IMG/VR virus record: IMGVR_UViG_3300031539_000277
Coordinates: 1-25,839 of that record
From: a virus
Taxonomy: Duplodnaviria > Caudoviricetes
Length of the DNA: 25,839 bases
Reading direction: 5' to 3' (one strand)
This document shows, piece after piece, positions 9,601 through 17,358 of this stretch; the first letter of the stretch is position 1; the number at the start of each line of letters is the position of its first letter. The notes under the pieces are model-generated. The model saw only the letters and a program-made list of their open reading frames with translations, did not search any database and had not been told where the DNA came from. The position numbers and the translations under genes were made by a program.

Positions 9601-10207
9601 GATCTTGTGTAGGTAGATTGGTTTCGGCTTTATCTATTCTCGCTTGAAGTTCAGGCGAATCATCACCCGCCAGTTTTTGTGAATATAGTCGCAGAAGCAT
9701 CGTGGTGCCATACGCCGCCTGGACCTGCAGGCCGAGTCGTTCCCATAAAGTCGTGTGTGAGACTTTCTGATCGGCAGGCATACCCAACCAGACCTTTGCC
9801 AGCTCATCCTCCCGTCCTAATAGATCCGCCACTGGGATATTGGTAAGAAGAGATAAGACTTCCGCGTTCTTAAACCTGGCCTCTTCCTCTTTCTGGTTCT
9901 CTGCTTCTGCGATCCTCGCCCTTACCTGGGGATCTCTAATCAGCATCAAGGTGTCTTCGGTCCAGGGATTTAGCTCCTGGCCGCCTTCCGGCAGTCGTCT
10001 GGATGTTTCTCCGGGTCGCCAGTCATACGGCTTTTCTGCTTCCGCAGCCTGTCCGAAGGCTTGTTTTGCCTCCTCCTGCGCCTGAGCATAAGGTTTCGGC
10101 TGCGTTACCTGAAGAGGAGGGCCTTCCCCAGCCAGGATAGACTTTTTCTTTTCTACCGGAGGAGGTGGTTGTGCTTTCAAAAACTCCAGTACGTCACTCA
10201 CTTCCAC
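3605..10207 (-). CDS. Giant internal virion/ejection protein (T7 gp16 position); large polyvalent protein with ART, HExxH metallopeptidase and degenerate RelA/SpoT-like domains, 2200 aa
   Basis: Third and largest gene after the tail tube genes; Gly-rich hydrophobic N-terminal segments; FKEWFG..V.D..G.P..VYHGT / GFYFT / GYDG / EYIVF.PEQIKS (ART-PolyVal pattern); STFVHEMGH...EEKFARGLEHYL; GTG start. Confidence 0.85.
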   Translation of the reverse strand: MEVSDVLEFLKAQPPPPVEKKKSILAGEGPPLQVTQPKPYAQAQEEAKQAFGQAAEAEKPYDWRPGETSRRLPEGGQELNPWTEDTLMLIRDPQVRARIAEAENQKEEEARFKNAEVLSLLTNIPVADLLGREDELAKVWLGMPADQKVSHTTLWERLGLQVQAAYGTTMLLRLYSQKLAGDDSPELQARIDKAETNLPTQDPFKGGFVEQAVRGTIDQVLGVWYEGAEGAGWMGLGMGSLGAVVGFIGGGVPGAGAGWTAALPYGVALGRQFGFIKYIAASNYRSILKMKDPSTGKPIDPAMARVFSWTIGAVEGILEDIQWEALFGGGAKGVGLSKAVGNGLTKLMTNKGFLATVTKWAARAAATTVEEVAEEAIQDVATQAQTAVMKEVNNYLKGTEFEQTSREERWKSVWDTIKEATPQMTLLGMLGVGGRMAKQSIAESRKAATEEAKKAGVKDYADRMALLDLKKAETEPWGKSLMELTGLPMDEITDFIKDKHEAQVKEAVEENMPVPIEVLKNYEGETWADKKIEQYRERTTSPIARNASTEIKLEQVHEMQAENTPVLNTIAKQIDSEIGSVSEWFHKDDEAIRATMRPIEQQADLSAIRTVTPTIQAAGQAIKAITANPEIAQVLQVDSVNMLNAKSTDWGAALVDVRLQNGQIVRIELIPKGMEAGRTANKQLADKWRETSGEYKEAHREEYLKDLAESRVRYDEAIKNLGIPERVAQRQLAREGPKPVRETIKLPDNWMTAKEETAQEVFRKRAAEIAPARRGERNRIIRQYEAQLKATFPAYTAKQIKYAMLMIRKAAEAMGVSLDQFLKAYIEGFKPGIQHLKMVEVQALFQTEDKQPMGRKDVLASPAFKEWFGKSVIKDSKGNPYPVYHGTTKVFQQFRKEMQGIATDEGWYGAGFYFTADPETAAQYAKKWESGSPLSRYVINSNIIPVYLKMENPFEIKRRFGGETVNKLVEYGFDDGPQIFTENLKKAGYDGVLVFDMDNTIAEYIVFEPEQIKSVFNVGQFSPATANILYSKDIEDITDEEWSPEMQEMTEQGFTEEDMKDVDPMHAGPFDPAIWTQQELQTFLRGLGVAGYAKRGYSPIVIGYIRAAIARPFLTDKQYEGAIKYLNYGPDKYKLGYLLGTNQADPETLHELGFMSDEKYAKYTGEAEEKGIVPIIEKGIVPSETIKGAVQFLEGGKALVAATEAADFSTFVHEMGHVFRRLLPDGDLKIIEKWAGVEEGIWTEESEEKFARGLEHYLLTSEAPSKKLVRLFKQFKEWLSDLVRDMGKEWMNPEVRHVYDRIFLTPKEQIQQRLKIIKEEIQFPAEEGMRRGETISSEKIEAEAKKEEPLHGASIPTIEETERTQPESEEDPYEAAEKSQEQGAEKIKEAVSSYEAVKDVWFGEQDTRILKHQVQKEQLQQRILEVLGLDKKIFLARWFDTKAPKVDAAIQLYIDTKRDPGAVREYWEYLKDDEKEIVTMSQNLSPELKAIADTIEASYKEIGERALDFDVINNVLENYAARIWDMKGEELAPILRKFGTKTHHAKHRVFTTIIEAWGKPRKEEWGTEYRLKIKGATANLQILQDEITRTIENKRFLKSLLQIRTADGEAVVTTFRREDYKMVEHPNFRVWKWAGKVTFEETTSYIKKLWRETQRTVTHKTEANQQRRAVGALEKLVKQTLMLRGMTEGEADNAINIIRNTKTTEGIETTTESILEKTTTEAVKRGIIKTVEGRNFFITEDGDVMEKREVYAQKEIAKNLNNILGRSKIIGTLGGLTDIITKFNAVLKAWILQTSFFHHLAYYRSYYFGTGRKKFSELLPRAAYRQGYAAIMALQPELMLGVKKGLTLGLNQEWQEDLIQSEGFLQRLLNKTAVTRGVKDVIMTLRQHQADFLFGKLGAGLKAKSFLIEYRNEMVRNPAQDPEAVAQRVARLINDDFGGLHLGRMGRNPTTQHIFRLVALAPDWTESNILSMIKVVTGPLYKWESDSSMDPVSERGLYQKFWLRVLLRGFAATALLNFGLAGGDLDKMMRRYRLAMDQGWNKMRWASLDITPMYQLFGGEGPERKYFSLIGHFRDPFKFMINFREALKAKASVMARTGLDFLNMEDWAGRKFTTFQELLETGQTVKWFAEKPHSSWEQLPSFFLAEATNMQPIQFQNLLHFMNGEMEGFDAITNSMGLGVTTTYNLGKEGVNPMGKRRKK

Positions 10208-11865
10208 TCCGGTTTCTTGTCTTTCATATTCAATGTGTACATTTTCTTGTTCTGTTTGTCATAAGAATACCAGACGTCGCCCAACCGGAACGCCCACAGT
10301 TTCTTTTCGGGCATATACCATTCCTGATCCGGGTTCTGCATGGTCTCCCTTTTGAATGCGTCTATCGCCATGATCCTGGTGTTCTTCTCTTCCAGTGACA
10401 TTTCTGCTGCCCGCGCTTTCTGCTCTGCCATCTCCCTTTTCTCTCCGGCCAGTACGGTTTCTGGTATCAACTCTGTCGGACCGGTGATCGGAAGGACTTG
10501 TTCTCTTAGCCGGACTTTGAGTTTTTCGTCGGTCAATCCCCTGGTTAAGTTTCTGCTGAACTCAATAAGGGTTTCCTCCTTCACGACCTGGCCTTTGGCT
10601 TCCATGTCCAGGACATAATTATTCAACGCATTTATAGCGCGATACTTTTCCGTCTGAGTCATCTCCTTATTTTTCTCTATGGTCGAAAATGCCGTTTCCC
10701 TGGCATAGTCTTTCATCGCAACCTTTCCGGTTGACGGTTCCGGCTTGTATTTGTCAAGGGCGCTGATCAGCTTGGTATAGTCGTCGATGCTGATTCCGTT
10801 TTTCTCTTTCTCCAATCCCTTATCAAGCGCGGCGGTGATCTGAGCCATGATAAATTTTCTGTCTCCTTCTCCATGGATCGACCTTATCAATCGGCCCAGC
10901 GTTGCCTCATCGGTTACATATTCTTCTTTCTCTCCTTTTTGCCGCTCCTTAATATCGTCCATTACTTTAAGAGTCCAGAATTGTTTCCTATCCGCCATCG
11001 CCACCGGGTCGAATAGTTGATCTATCTTGCCGAAGGTCAAAGCTCCTACTTTGAAATAGTCCACGGCTTTGGAGTTGGCCGCCGCCGTCGCTCTTTCAAG
11101 CGCATCGGTTTTCTTTGCCTGCGATTCCCGGAATTCCCATTCCAACAGATTAGACACTCTCTGCCGATCCCCTGGTTCTATCTCGTATTCTCCTTCCCTG
11201 GCCGGTATCGCGGCCCACTTAGCGCCATTCTCCAGGCCCAGGGATCGCGCATCCCGGATAAACTGCTTCATGTGGATTTGGTACTTCGCTTTTGTCGATA
11301 TTTGCTCGGCTTGCTCGGCGTTTAAAACTCCTTGTTGCCTGGCGCTGGCTATCCGCTGCGTCACGTAGTCCATGTTCATGCTCTCTACGCCCATAGCCAG
11401 ATCCCGCTCCAGGGATGCGCCCATATACGCAAGCTTCTTTTTCGTCACTAAGTTGCTTACGGTGACTGACTGTTTCACACGCTCGTTTTGAAACATTTCG
11501 TCATATTCTCGCTGCGCCTCCGGCGATAAACCCTCCAGACCCTTGGCGTATATCTCTTCTGTCCTCTGTGTGAATCGGTCCTGGAAAGAGTCGTAATCAG
11601 AGTCCTTCTCGAAGTTGGACTGCATCTGCTGAAACTCTAAGACGGTGTTTCGATAGCTCTGATTTGCCTTGGTCGTGGCCTCTGCCGTCGCCATCTTATC
11701 CGCTAGCCTGACTGTCTGGTCCAGGACTAGCTTGCCTAGATCCGCTATGCCTCCCACTATCTCGGCCCCGGTTGTGTCCGCCCGTGCCCGTTGCAGATTA
11801 AGACGCGGAAGGGTAGGACCGAGTCGCTGGTAGCGTTTAGGATTGGCTGGTATTTCGATTCCCAT
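10198..11865 (-). CDS. Internal virion/ejection protein (T7 gp15 position), 555 aa
   Basis: Charged, helical composition; position between the gp14-like and giant gp16-like genes; SD TAAGGAG upstream. Confidence 0.7.
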   Translation of the reverse strand: MGIEIPANPKRYQRLGPTLPRLNLQRARADTTGAEIVGGIADLGKLVLDQTVRLADKMATAEATTKANQSYRNTVLEFQQMQSNFEKDSDYDSFQDRFTQRTEEIYAKGLEGLSPEAQREYDEMFQNERVKQSVTVSNLVTKKKLAYMGASLERDLAMGVESMNMDYVTQRIASARQQGVLNAEQAEQISTKAKYQIHMKQFIRDARSLGLENGAKWAAIPAREGEYEIEPGDRQRVSNLLEWEFRESQAKKTDALERATAAANSKAVDYFKVGALTFGKIDQLFDPVAMADRKQFWTLKVMDDIKERQKGEKEEYVTDEATLGRLIRSIHGEGDRKFIMAQITAALDKGLEKEKNGISIDDYTKLISALDKYKPEPSTGKVAMKDYARETAFSTIEKNKEMTQTEKYRAINALNNYVLDMEAKGQVVKEETLIEFSRNLTRGLTDEKLKVRLREQVLPITGPTELIPETVLAGEKREMAEQKARAAEMSLEEKNTRIMAIDAFKRETMQNPDQEWYMPEKKLWAFRLGDVWYSYDKQNKKMYTLNMKDKKPEWK

Positions 11866-11874
11866 TCTGACTCC

Positions 11875-12429
11875 TTATTTGAATAGGGCTTCGGCGCTAC
11901 TTCCAAGTCTCGTTCTTGTCGTAGTCGGAGTAATTCCGCGTCGGGCGTAGTCATAGTTCAGGCCAGCGAATACACTTCCCGCTATACCTTCAAGCCCTCC
12001 GAAAACAGCTCGTGTCCCTGCCAGTCGTGCGTTGATGTCGGACAGATTCGCTTGATACGCCAGGTCTTCTTCGGCCAGGTCGAGTTCCTTCATGATTTTA
12101 TCGGTCTCGGCCTTGATGTCGCCCTGCCACTCCTGCTTTGTCTTCTCGATTTCCGCGTGGATCGCGCTTGCAGATGCCCCGCCGACGACTCCCCTTGCGG
12201 CCAGCCCGGCCTCGATGTTCCCGCGAGCCTTCTCTATGTCCTCGCCAGCTCGGGTAAGTTGTGTCTGCCCTTCAGCCTCGGTCGTGGTCTTCGCTCCACC
12301 GATATACTTCTTATGCGCCTCGATCATTTCCTCTTCGGCCATTCTCTGTTGCTGCGCCTGGCTGTATTCATATCCGGCCTTTGCCACCGTTACGATTGTA
12401 CCTACTATTGCGATTGCTAGTGCTGCCAT
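11875..12429 (-). CDS. Internal virion protein (T7 gp14-like position), 184 aa
   Basis: Hydrophobic N-terminus MAALAIAIVGTIVTVA; Ala/Gln-rich coil; AGLAARGVVGGAS motif typical of small ejection proteins. Confidence 0.75.
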   Translation of the reverse strand: MAALAIAIVGTIVTVAKAGYEYSQAQQQRMAEEEMIEAHKKYIGGAKTTTEAEGQTQLTRAGEDIEKARGNIEAGLAARGVVGGASASAIHAEIEKTKQEWQGDIKAETDKIMKELDLAEEDLAYQANLSDINARLAGTRAVFGGLEGIAGSVFAGLNYDYARRGITPTTTRTRLGSSAEALFK

Positions 12430-12857
12430 TATCTTACCCTCGCATACAAATTGTAGTCTCTCTTTTCCTCATCCAACGCTTTCAATATGCCCTCCCGCCT
12501 GAATCCCAGTTTCTGCATAAACTGATTACCTTTCTCCCAGTCCTTTAAGACAACCGCCTGCACCCGGTGCGACCGACTCAGGCAGCACTCTTTCAAGTAT
12601 TTCTTGGCGATCCCTACGGCCTCCCTGGGCCACCTGATTATATGCACCGTCGCTATAAACCATACTTCCTGGCACCATGGCGTCACCTCGATCCTACCCA
12701 TGCAAAAGATCGTCCTTCCTTTCTCGTCCAGCGCCGTATACGCCTCTGTCGGTTCCTTACCAAGCCTTGCCGTTCCAACCTCATCAGGCCCCGTCAACGA
12801 CTTATAGCCCTCCAGGTGCTTTACCTCAAAGGGTACGATCTCAAGACGGCGCTTCAT
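12429..12857 (-). CDS. GNAT-fold acetyltransferase-like protein (T7 gp13 position), 142 aa
   Basis: HRVQAVV...GNQFMQKLGFRREGILK resembles the GNAT/RimJ-like C-terminal motif; conserved position after tail tubular B. Confidence 0.75.
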   Translation of the reverse strand: MKRRLEIVPFEVKHLEGYKSLTGPDEVGTARLGKEPTEAYTALDEKGRTIFCMGRIEVTPWCQEVWFIATVHIIRWPREAVGIAKKYLKECCLSRSHRVQAVVLKDWEKGNQFMQKLGFRREGILKALDEEKRDYNLYARVR

Positions 12858-14826
12858 AGGTCATCAGCCTGATTATCACCGCCAGGATTGCTTGCGGAAG
12901 GGGTAGATCCTGGACAACGTATATATCTGCACCTTTCGAGTATCCCCCTGGGAAAGTGATGTCGATGTCGTCAGTCATTAGAGGCGGCGGCGCATCCATC
13001 ACGGCGTCACCTTTCCTGAAATTGAGTTCGATCAGATCATCCAAAGTAGGTCCGACCTTGGCCCCCAGAGTCTCCCAGACCCTCAGCGTTACATGATCGA
13101 TCTTCTTGATATAGCTCTGGGAAGATCCGAACTGTGCCCCGCTCTCCATTTTCATGGGCAACAGAATTGAGATATATCCTAACCCGACGTGAACCGTGTT
13201 GTAATAGTCGTCCAAGGTAATCGCTCCGGCTGCCACGGTCCTGTCCGGATGAGATCCCCCGTCCGCGCAGATCTGAACGACTTCGCCTTGTAGATGGGTC
13301 AAGCCGCTTACTGTTTTCGTCACTTCTTCAGCGGTCCCATCGGAGACATAAGTTGTATATCCTGTGCCATCGACGTTGTTGCCGTCCACGTCTTGTAGCT
13401 GGAAGTCGTTCGCCCCTGGCGCTGCCACTTTGAACACCCGGTTATTCAACTCTGTCATCCCCACGACACCCACGATCTTGACAAAGTCGCCTGCGATATA
13501 AGGATGTCCGGTATCGGTCACTACTACTGGATTTGTCTTGGTAGCCCCGGAGATCGTAGTCGGTGCGCCCCGGTCGTCGGTTACTCCACTATCCACAAAG
13601 AAAGCGTCCTTTTGATCGTCAAGCCATGCACCGTAAATCGGCTTGCAGTATTCCACGAACCGCTTTGTCGCCCCTCCTATCGTCCTCTTAACTGAAAGGT
13701 AGATCACGTCCTCGGTTGCGCTCGGTATGATCCCGATGGACTCGACTATGCCGTCTGTCACGATTGCATTCGCCCAGCCCAGCATGTCCTGTTCCCGCTC
13801 ATAAGTCATCGCTACCGCTCGTCCTTCTTCGGTTACGGCCCACACCAGGTTGAACGGGTCTCTCTGTACCGCGAGTTGTATCATCCCGCTTTGTGCAATA
13901 TGATCGCTCATGATAGTCACGTCATTCGCGGCGTAGGACTGCATCGCATCTTCCCATCGCAGCTCTCTCATGGTCTTGCCGTTCTTTTGGACGAACATGA
14001 CTGCCGATCCGATTTGAACCGGCTGAATATTTGCAGATCCGATGCTGCCCTGCTTTTTAAGGTATACGGTTGTCGGGGTCAGCGGACCATCGCCGCCGGT
14101 CAGGATGAACTCGGAGGCTTCCGTGCCGATCAGGATATAGTCTTTCCCTGCAAGCCAGCGTACCCGGTCGCCTCCAGGAATGATGTAGTTCATGGCGTCT
14201 GCCGCCGCAGTGCCGGTTGTAAAGTCTTGATACTGCGTAACACCCAGCGCCGTGGGAGTCCTGGATGCCCAAAAATGTGTCGGGTGGGTATTGGATGCTG
14301 CAAAACACAGCCGGGCCTGGAAGAAACAGACACAGCTCGGATAGTCACCGGCTGCGTTGAAAACGAAACTACCCGTAAACGTCGGGTCTGGATCTAACAC
14401 CCATACAGCATCCGACGTGCAGGTAAGTTTGGCCGGTTTGTGGCTCGGATGGACCAACCACATCTCGTTCTCGGCCTGGTCGAATTGCAGATCAAAGAGT
14501 TCCGCCTCGGTGTACGTGGTCACGATCTCATAGGGTGCGCCGACGATAGCGCCGTTCTTATAAACCCGTATCAAGAGATTGGTGAACTCCAGCATATAGA
14601 CGTTCGATGCGTCTTTCTTGAACGGTATGAGGCTCGCTTTTTGGTCCGTCTTGGTCGATGTGATGTATTTCAATCCTGGCCGGCGGATCACACCGCCTTG
14701 CTTCATGATGAGATAGTTTTGAAGTGTCCGGCAGGAGTTAAAAAAAGAAGGCAGGTCCACCCTGCCGTATAGTTTCGGGCTGAATTCACCTGAGATGAAG
14801 TTTGTAAAAACCGGTGCGTATCTCAC
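12841..14826 (-). CDS. Tail tubular protein B / nozzle (T7 gp12, P22 gp10-like), 661 aa
   Basis: TNFISGEFSPKLYGRVDL...QGGVIRRPG; YPSCVCFFQARLCFA; VHVGLGY; QDLPLP motifs. Confidence 0.9.
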   Translation of the reverse strand: MRYAPVFTNFISGEFSPKLYGRVDLPSFFNSCRTLQNYLIMKQGGVIRRPGLKYITSTKTDQKASLIPFKKDASNVYMLEFTNLLIRVYKNGAIVGAPYEIVTTYTEAELFDLQFDQAENEMWLVHPSHKPAKLTCTSDAVWVLDPDPTFTGSFVFNAAGDYPSCVCFFQARLCFAASNTHPTHFWASRTPTALGVTQYQDFTTGTAAADAMNYIIPGGDRVRWLAGKDYILIGTEASEFILTGGDGPLTPTTVYLKKQGSIGSANIQPVQIGSAVMFVQKNGKTMRELRWEDAMQSYAANDVTIMSDHIAQSGMIQLAVQRDPFNLVWAVTEEGRAVAMTYEREQDMLGWANAIVTDGIVESIGIIPSATEDVIYLSVKRTIGGATKRFVEYCKPIYGAWLDDQKDAFFVDSGVTDDRGAPTTISGATKTNPVVVTDTGHPYIAGDFVKIVGVVGMTELNNRVFKVAAPGANDFQLQDVDGNNVDGTGYTTYVSDGTAEEVTKTVSGLTHLQGEVVQICADGGSHPDRTVAAGAITLDDYYNTVHVGLGYISILLPMKMESGAQFGSSQSYIKKIDHVTLRVWETLGAKVGPTLDDLIELNFRKGDAVMDAPPPLMTDDIDITFPGGYSKGADIYVVQDLPLPQAILAVIIRLMTYEAPS

Positions 14827-15411
14827 TTATCTTGCTGTCCATGACTTCGATTCTGGAACTTCGTCCATGTCTGCTTCCGGTAAGCCTTCGGCTGCGTTCG
14901 CCGCTCTTGCTTCATGCATCAATACAACGAACTGCTGCCACTGCTGCGCTTGGATCTCGCGGGATTGCGTGAGCGAGTAGGCCAGGTGATAGGCCAGCCT
15001 GTAGGCTATTGTCGACCGTAAGAGGCTGTCGTACTGGCTGGTATCCACAGCGTTGGAGGCATAGACGATAAACGCTTCGTCCATGTCCGTAAGCAGGCGC
15101 TTGCCTTCTTTTATCCACGGATGTCCTTTATTGCCTCCGGAGTCCTGCAGCTCCCATACTCTCAGACAATTGTTCGGGAGTTGATACTGATAACCCCAGC
15201 CCATCAGCGGAGCATCGGCGAGCTGCGCCAGTTCCGCCCTTGATAGGATGGACGCCCACTTGGCGACTCTCAATACTTCTTCGACCGCATGATCGTAGAA
15301 CGCTTTGCAAGCCTGGGCCTGGGCGGTGTTGTCGGTCAGGGCGACGATCCGCTCCTCTCCGAGCGCCGTCAGCGCCAGATTGCATATATCGATGGACGTA
15401 AAAGAGGCCAC
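14827..15411 (-). CDS. Tail tubular protein A / adaptor (T7 gp11-like), 194 aa
   Basis: SIDICNLALTALGE..I; WGYQYQLPNNCLRV; LAYHLAYSLT; GTG start with SD AAGGAGG. Confidence 0.9.
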   Translation of the reverse strand: MASFTSIDICNLALTALGEERIVALTDNTAQAQACKAFYDHAVEEVLRVAKWASILSRAELAQLADAPLMGWGYQYQLPNNCLRVWELQDSGGNKGHPWIKEGKRLLTDMDEAFIVYASNAVDTSQYDSLLRSTIAYRLAYHLAYSLTQSREIQAQQWQQFVVLMHEARAANAAEGLPEADMDEVPESKSWTAR

Positions 15412-15423
15412 TTGGACCCTCCT

Positions 15424-15771
15424 TTATTCGATTGGAACGTTAAAAGGCCCGCCGTGTGGATCTCGGACTGATGGGACGCTGTCCTCTGTACGGATATATG
15501 CTCCGCCGCCCCTGAGAGCCATCGTCGGCTTCAAGGTTATCTTCCCGACTCTTTTGATCCGATCAACTTTCTGGAAATGTTCTGGTAAGGCTTCTGTTTC
15601 ATATATATCGTAGAACTTTCCATCTTTGTAGAGCGTGCCGTTGAAAAAACATTTTTGAATACAGAGATAGTGACCCACGGCTGGCGCTTTCTGCGCGGCT
15701 GGCGCTTTCTGCGCGGCTGGCGCCGGTTGCGCTTCCTGGGTCTTCTCGGTTTTGGTCTTTCTTGTAGCCAT
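15424..15771 (-). CDS. Small hypothetical virion-associated protein, 115 aa
   Basis: SD GAGGAG; YLCIQKCFFNGTLYKDG...LPEHF small domain; Ala/Pro repeat linker. Confidence 0.65.
   Translation of the reverse strand: MATRKTKTEKTQEAQPAPAAQKAPAAQKAPAVGHYLCIQKCFFNGTLYKDGKFYDIYETEALPEHFQKVDRIKRVGKITLKPTMALRGGGAYIRTEDSVPSVRDPHGGPFNVPIE
15678..15723. repeat. 18-bp in-frame tandem repeat (CGGCTGGCGCTTTCTGCG x2.5) encoding APAAQK
   Basis: Exact copies at 15678-15695 and 15696-15713, partial copy at 15714-15723. Confidence 0.9.
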
Positions 15772-15794
15772 TCCTTTTCTCTCCTCTTGGTTTT

Positions 15795-15823
15795 AAAAAG
15801 CCAGGGCCTTTCGACCCCGGCTT
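15795..15823 (-). terminator. Rho-independent terminator after the capsid/cement genes
   Basis: Minus strand AAGCCGGGGTC-GAAA-GGCCCTGGCTT then TTT: GC stem, GNRA loop and U-tract, about 20 nt after the cement gene stop. Confidence 0.85.
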
Positions 15824-15843
15824 GTTTTCTTGGTGCGTCTGGC

Positions 15844-16242
15844 TTATGCCAGTTTCCTGTACTGCTCTCTGCCTAGCCAGCAGTTCCATTTCCCTGCGGT
15901 AAGAACAGCCACCCCTATTGTGTATACTACTCTGAAGAAGCGCGAATGATAGTGTGGGATGCCTACCGTCCAGAGGAAACCTTTTACTAGCGTGGCTGCG
16001 ATCCATGGGAAACTTTGGACTATGATTATGAAAGTCGTTCCTGCGGCAGAATCTTCCAGCGTTACGGTTAGTGTGCCGGTTGCGCTGGCGACAAGGGTAT
16101 GTATTCCGAAATTCAGAAACAGCGGTTCGCCCCATCCGATATTGGAGTTTGCGGCACCGGTATCGATGTCATTTGTGGAAGGGTGAACGGTTTGAGTCGT
16201 TTCAGCCTGTTCGTGGCTGAAGATTAAGTTATTGTCAATCAT
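15844..16242 (-). CDS. Bbp16-like capsid cement/decoration protein, 132 aa
   Basis: MIDNNLIFS..QA.T....STN.ID.G....IG.GEPL; RFFRVVYT....LTAGK; directly after the major capsid gene; SD TAAGGAGG. Confidence 0.85.
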   Translation of the reverse strand: MIDNNLIFSHEQAETTQTVHPSTNDIDTGAANSNIGWGEPLFLNFGIHTLVASATGTLTVTLEDSAAGTTFIIIVQSFPWIAATLVKGFLWTVGIPHYHSRFFRVVYTIGVAVLTAGKWNCWLGREQYRKLA

Positions 16243-16253
16243 TTCACTCCTCC

Positions 16254-17219
16254 TTACGCTATTTCCGTTTCGGTGTCTAGGATAGCCTCACAAATTCGGA
16301 TCGGTTTTCGTCTGAACCGCGTGACTTCGTCACCGTAAGGCTCACCCGGTGAGTATAGGACGTTGCCTTTATCCATAGCGTCGATGTCCATTTGACTCAC
16401 AAGGGTCTGGTTGCCATATATGACGGCTCCCTTTCCTCTCTGAGGCATATGGTTTAAAGCCTGTACGAGTATATCCGGGTTGAAAATATTGGCCGCTCCC
16501 GCCGCTTGGATATTTACCAGTCGTTGAATGTTTCTGTCGTCCCTTACTACGATTCCGAGTTTGAGTTTGAAGTGCGAAGTCCAAGCGATGTACTCGTTAG
16601 TACCGCCTGCGTCTTTTACATACCTTCTGCCCATGTCCTCTTTTTCTACCCCTGCGGACCTGTGTCCTTTAGGATATACGAAGAAGACCTTATTGAAGCC
16701 CCACTGCACCGCCCAAAGTGAAGTGGTAGTCGTTGTCCCGCCGCATTTCCATACGTTTGCCAGAGCTGAAGCATTGTACCTGGTCGTCAGACCGTTGATC
16801 TCTTCGGGATCGACTACCGCGTTTCCGTATACGAAAGCATCCGCAAATGTTTGCGACATGCCCTCTAGGAACGCTGCGTCTTCTCCCGCGCGGAACTCCG
16901 TCTTATTCCCTGACATCTCGACCAACGCCTCGTCGATGTTGGAGATTGCCTCCAGCATACCGATGTTCTCGGTTACCTGCTTGGTCAGGGATGCTTCCGC
17001 TGCAACCCCTTGGTTGACGTTGCGGAATGCCCCTGTCGGCAGTGCGAGTCGTTGTACATGGATGTGATGAGTATTGGAGTTCGCTTCGCGGAAGACTGCG
17101 TCCTGGAATATCTCCTGGTACTCTGAGAGTACTTCGGCGATCTCCTGGAGCTCTCCCCCGACTAGTTGTTTGGTTAGTTGGACCAGCGTTAACGCACCTG
17201 TAAGCGTTAATGTTGCCAC
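16254..17219 (-). CDS. Major capsid protein (Bbp17-like, HK97 fold), 321 aa
   Basis: IAEVLSEYQEIFQD; LPTGAFRNVNQGV; FRAGEDAAFLEGMSQT; GLTTRY; DDRNIQRLVNI; PIRICEAILDTE; GTG start with SD AAGGAG. Confidence 0.93.
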   Translation of the reverse strand: MATLTLTGALTLVQLTKQLVGGELQEIAEVLSEYQEIFQDAVFREANSNTHHIHVQRLALPTGAFRNVNQGVAAEASLTKQVTENIGMLEAISNIDEALVEMSGNKTEFRAGEDAAFLEGMSQTFADAFVYGNAVVDPEEINGLTTRYNASALANVWKCGGTTTTTSLWAVQWGFNKVFFVYPKGHRSAGVEKEDMGRRYVKDAGGTNEYIAWTSHFKLKLGIVVRDDRNIQRLVNIQAAGAANIFNPDILVQALNHMPQRGKGAVIYGNQTLVSQMDIDAMDKGNVLYSPGEPYGDEVTRFRRKPIRICEAILDTETEIA

Positions 17220-17352
17220 TGATGTTCTCCTTAAACTTAGTGTTTAAGGCTTTCGGCTTTCACGTTCCCATTTAGGCCGTGTCTGCCTTCCATCGCAAAC
17301 GCTCAGGTCGTCAGCACCAGTCTCGCAGGTTACAAACCTACAGCCTGTCTAA
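17220..17352 (-). promoter_or_regulatory. About 130-nt structured 5' leader of the major capsid gene with SD-occluding hairpin
   Basis: Non-coding gap; perfect 8-bp stem CCTTAAAC-actaa-GTTTAAGG (17249-17229) covers the AAGG of the SD; further hairpins GTAGGTT/AACCTGC and GTTTGC/GCAGAC. Confidence 0.6.
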
Positions 17353-17358
17353 TATAAT

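Noticed and set aside
15599-16135. 178-aa alternative-frame ORF or capsid frameshift extension
   Set aside because: Overlaps two well-supported genes, crosses the terminator, lacks an SD, and no convincing slippery site was seen.
17245-17350. Hammerhead ribozyme (CTGACGA at 17314-17308 and two downstream GAAA)
   Set aside because: Stem II cannot close next to the core, the putative cleavage triplet ends in G, and stem I is not adjacent to CUGA.
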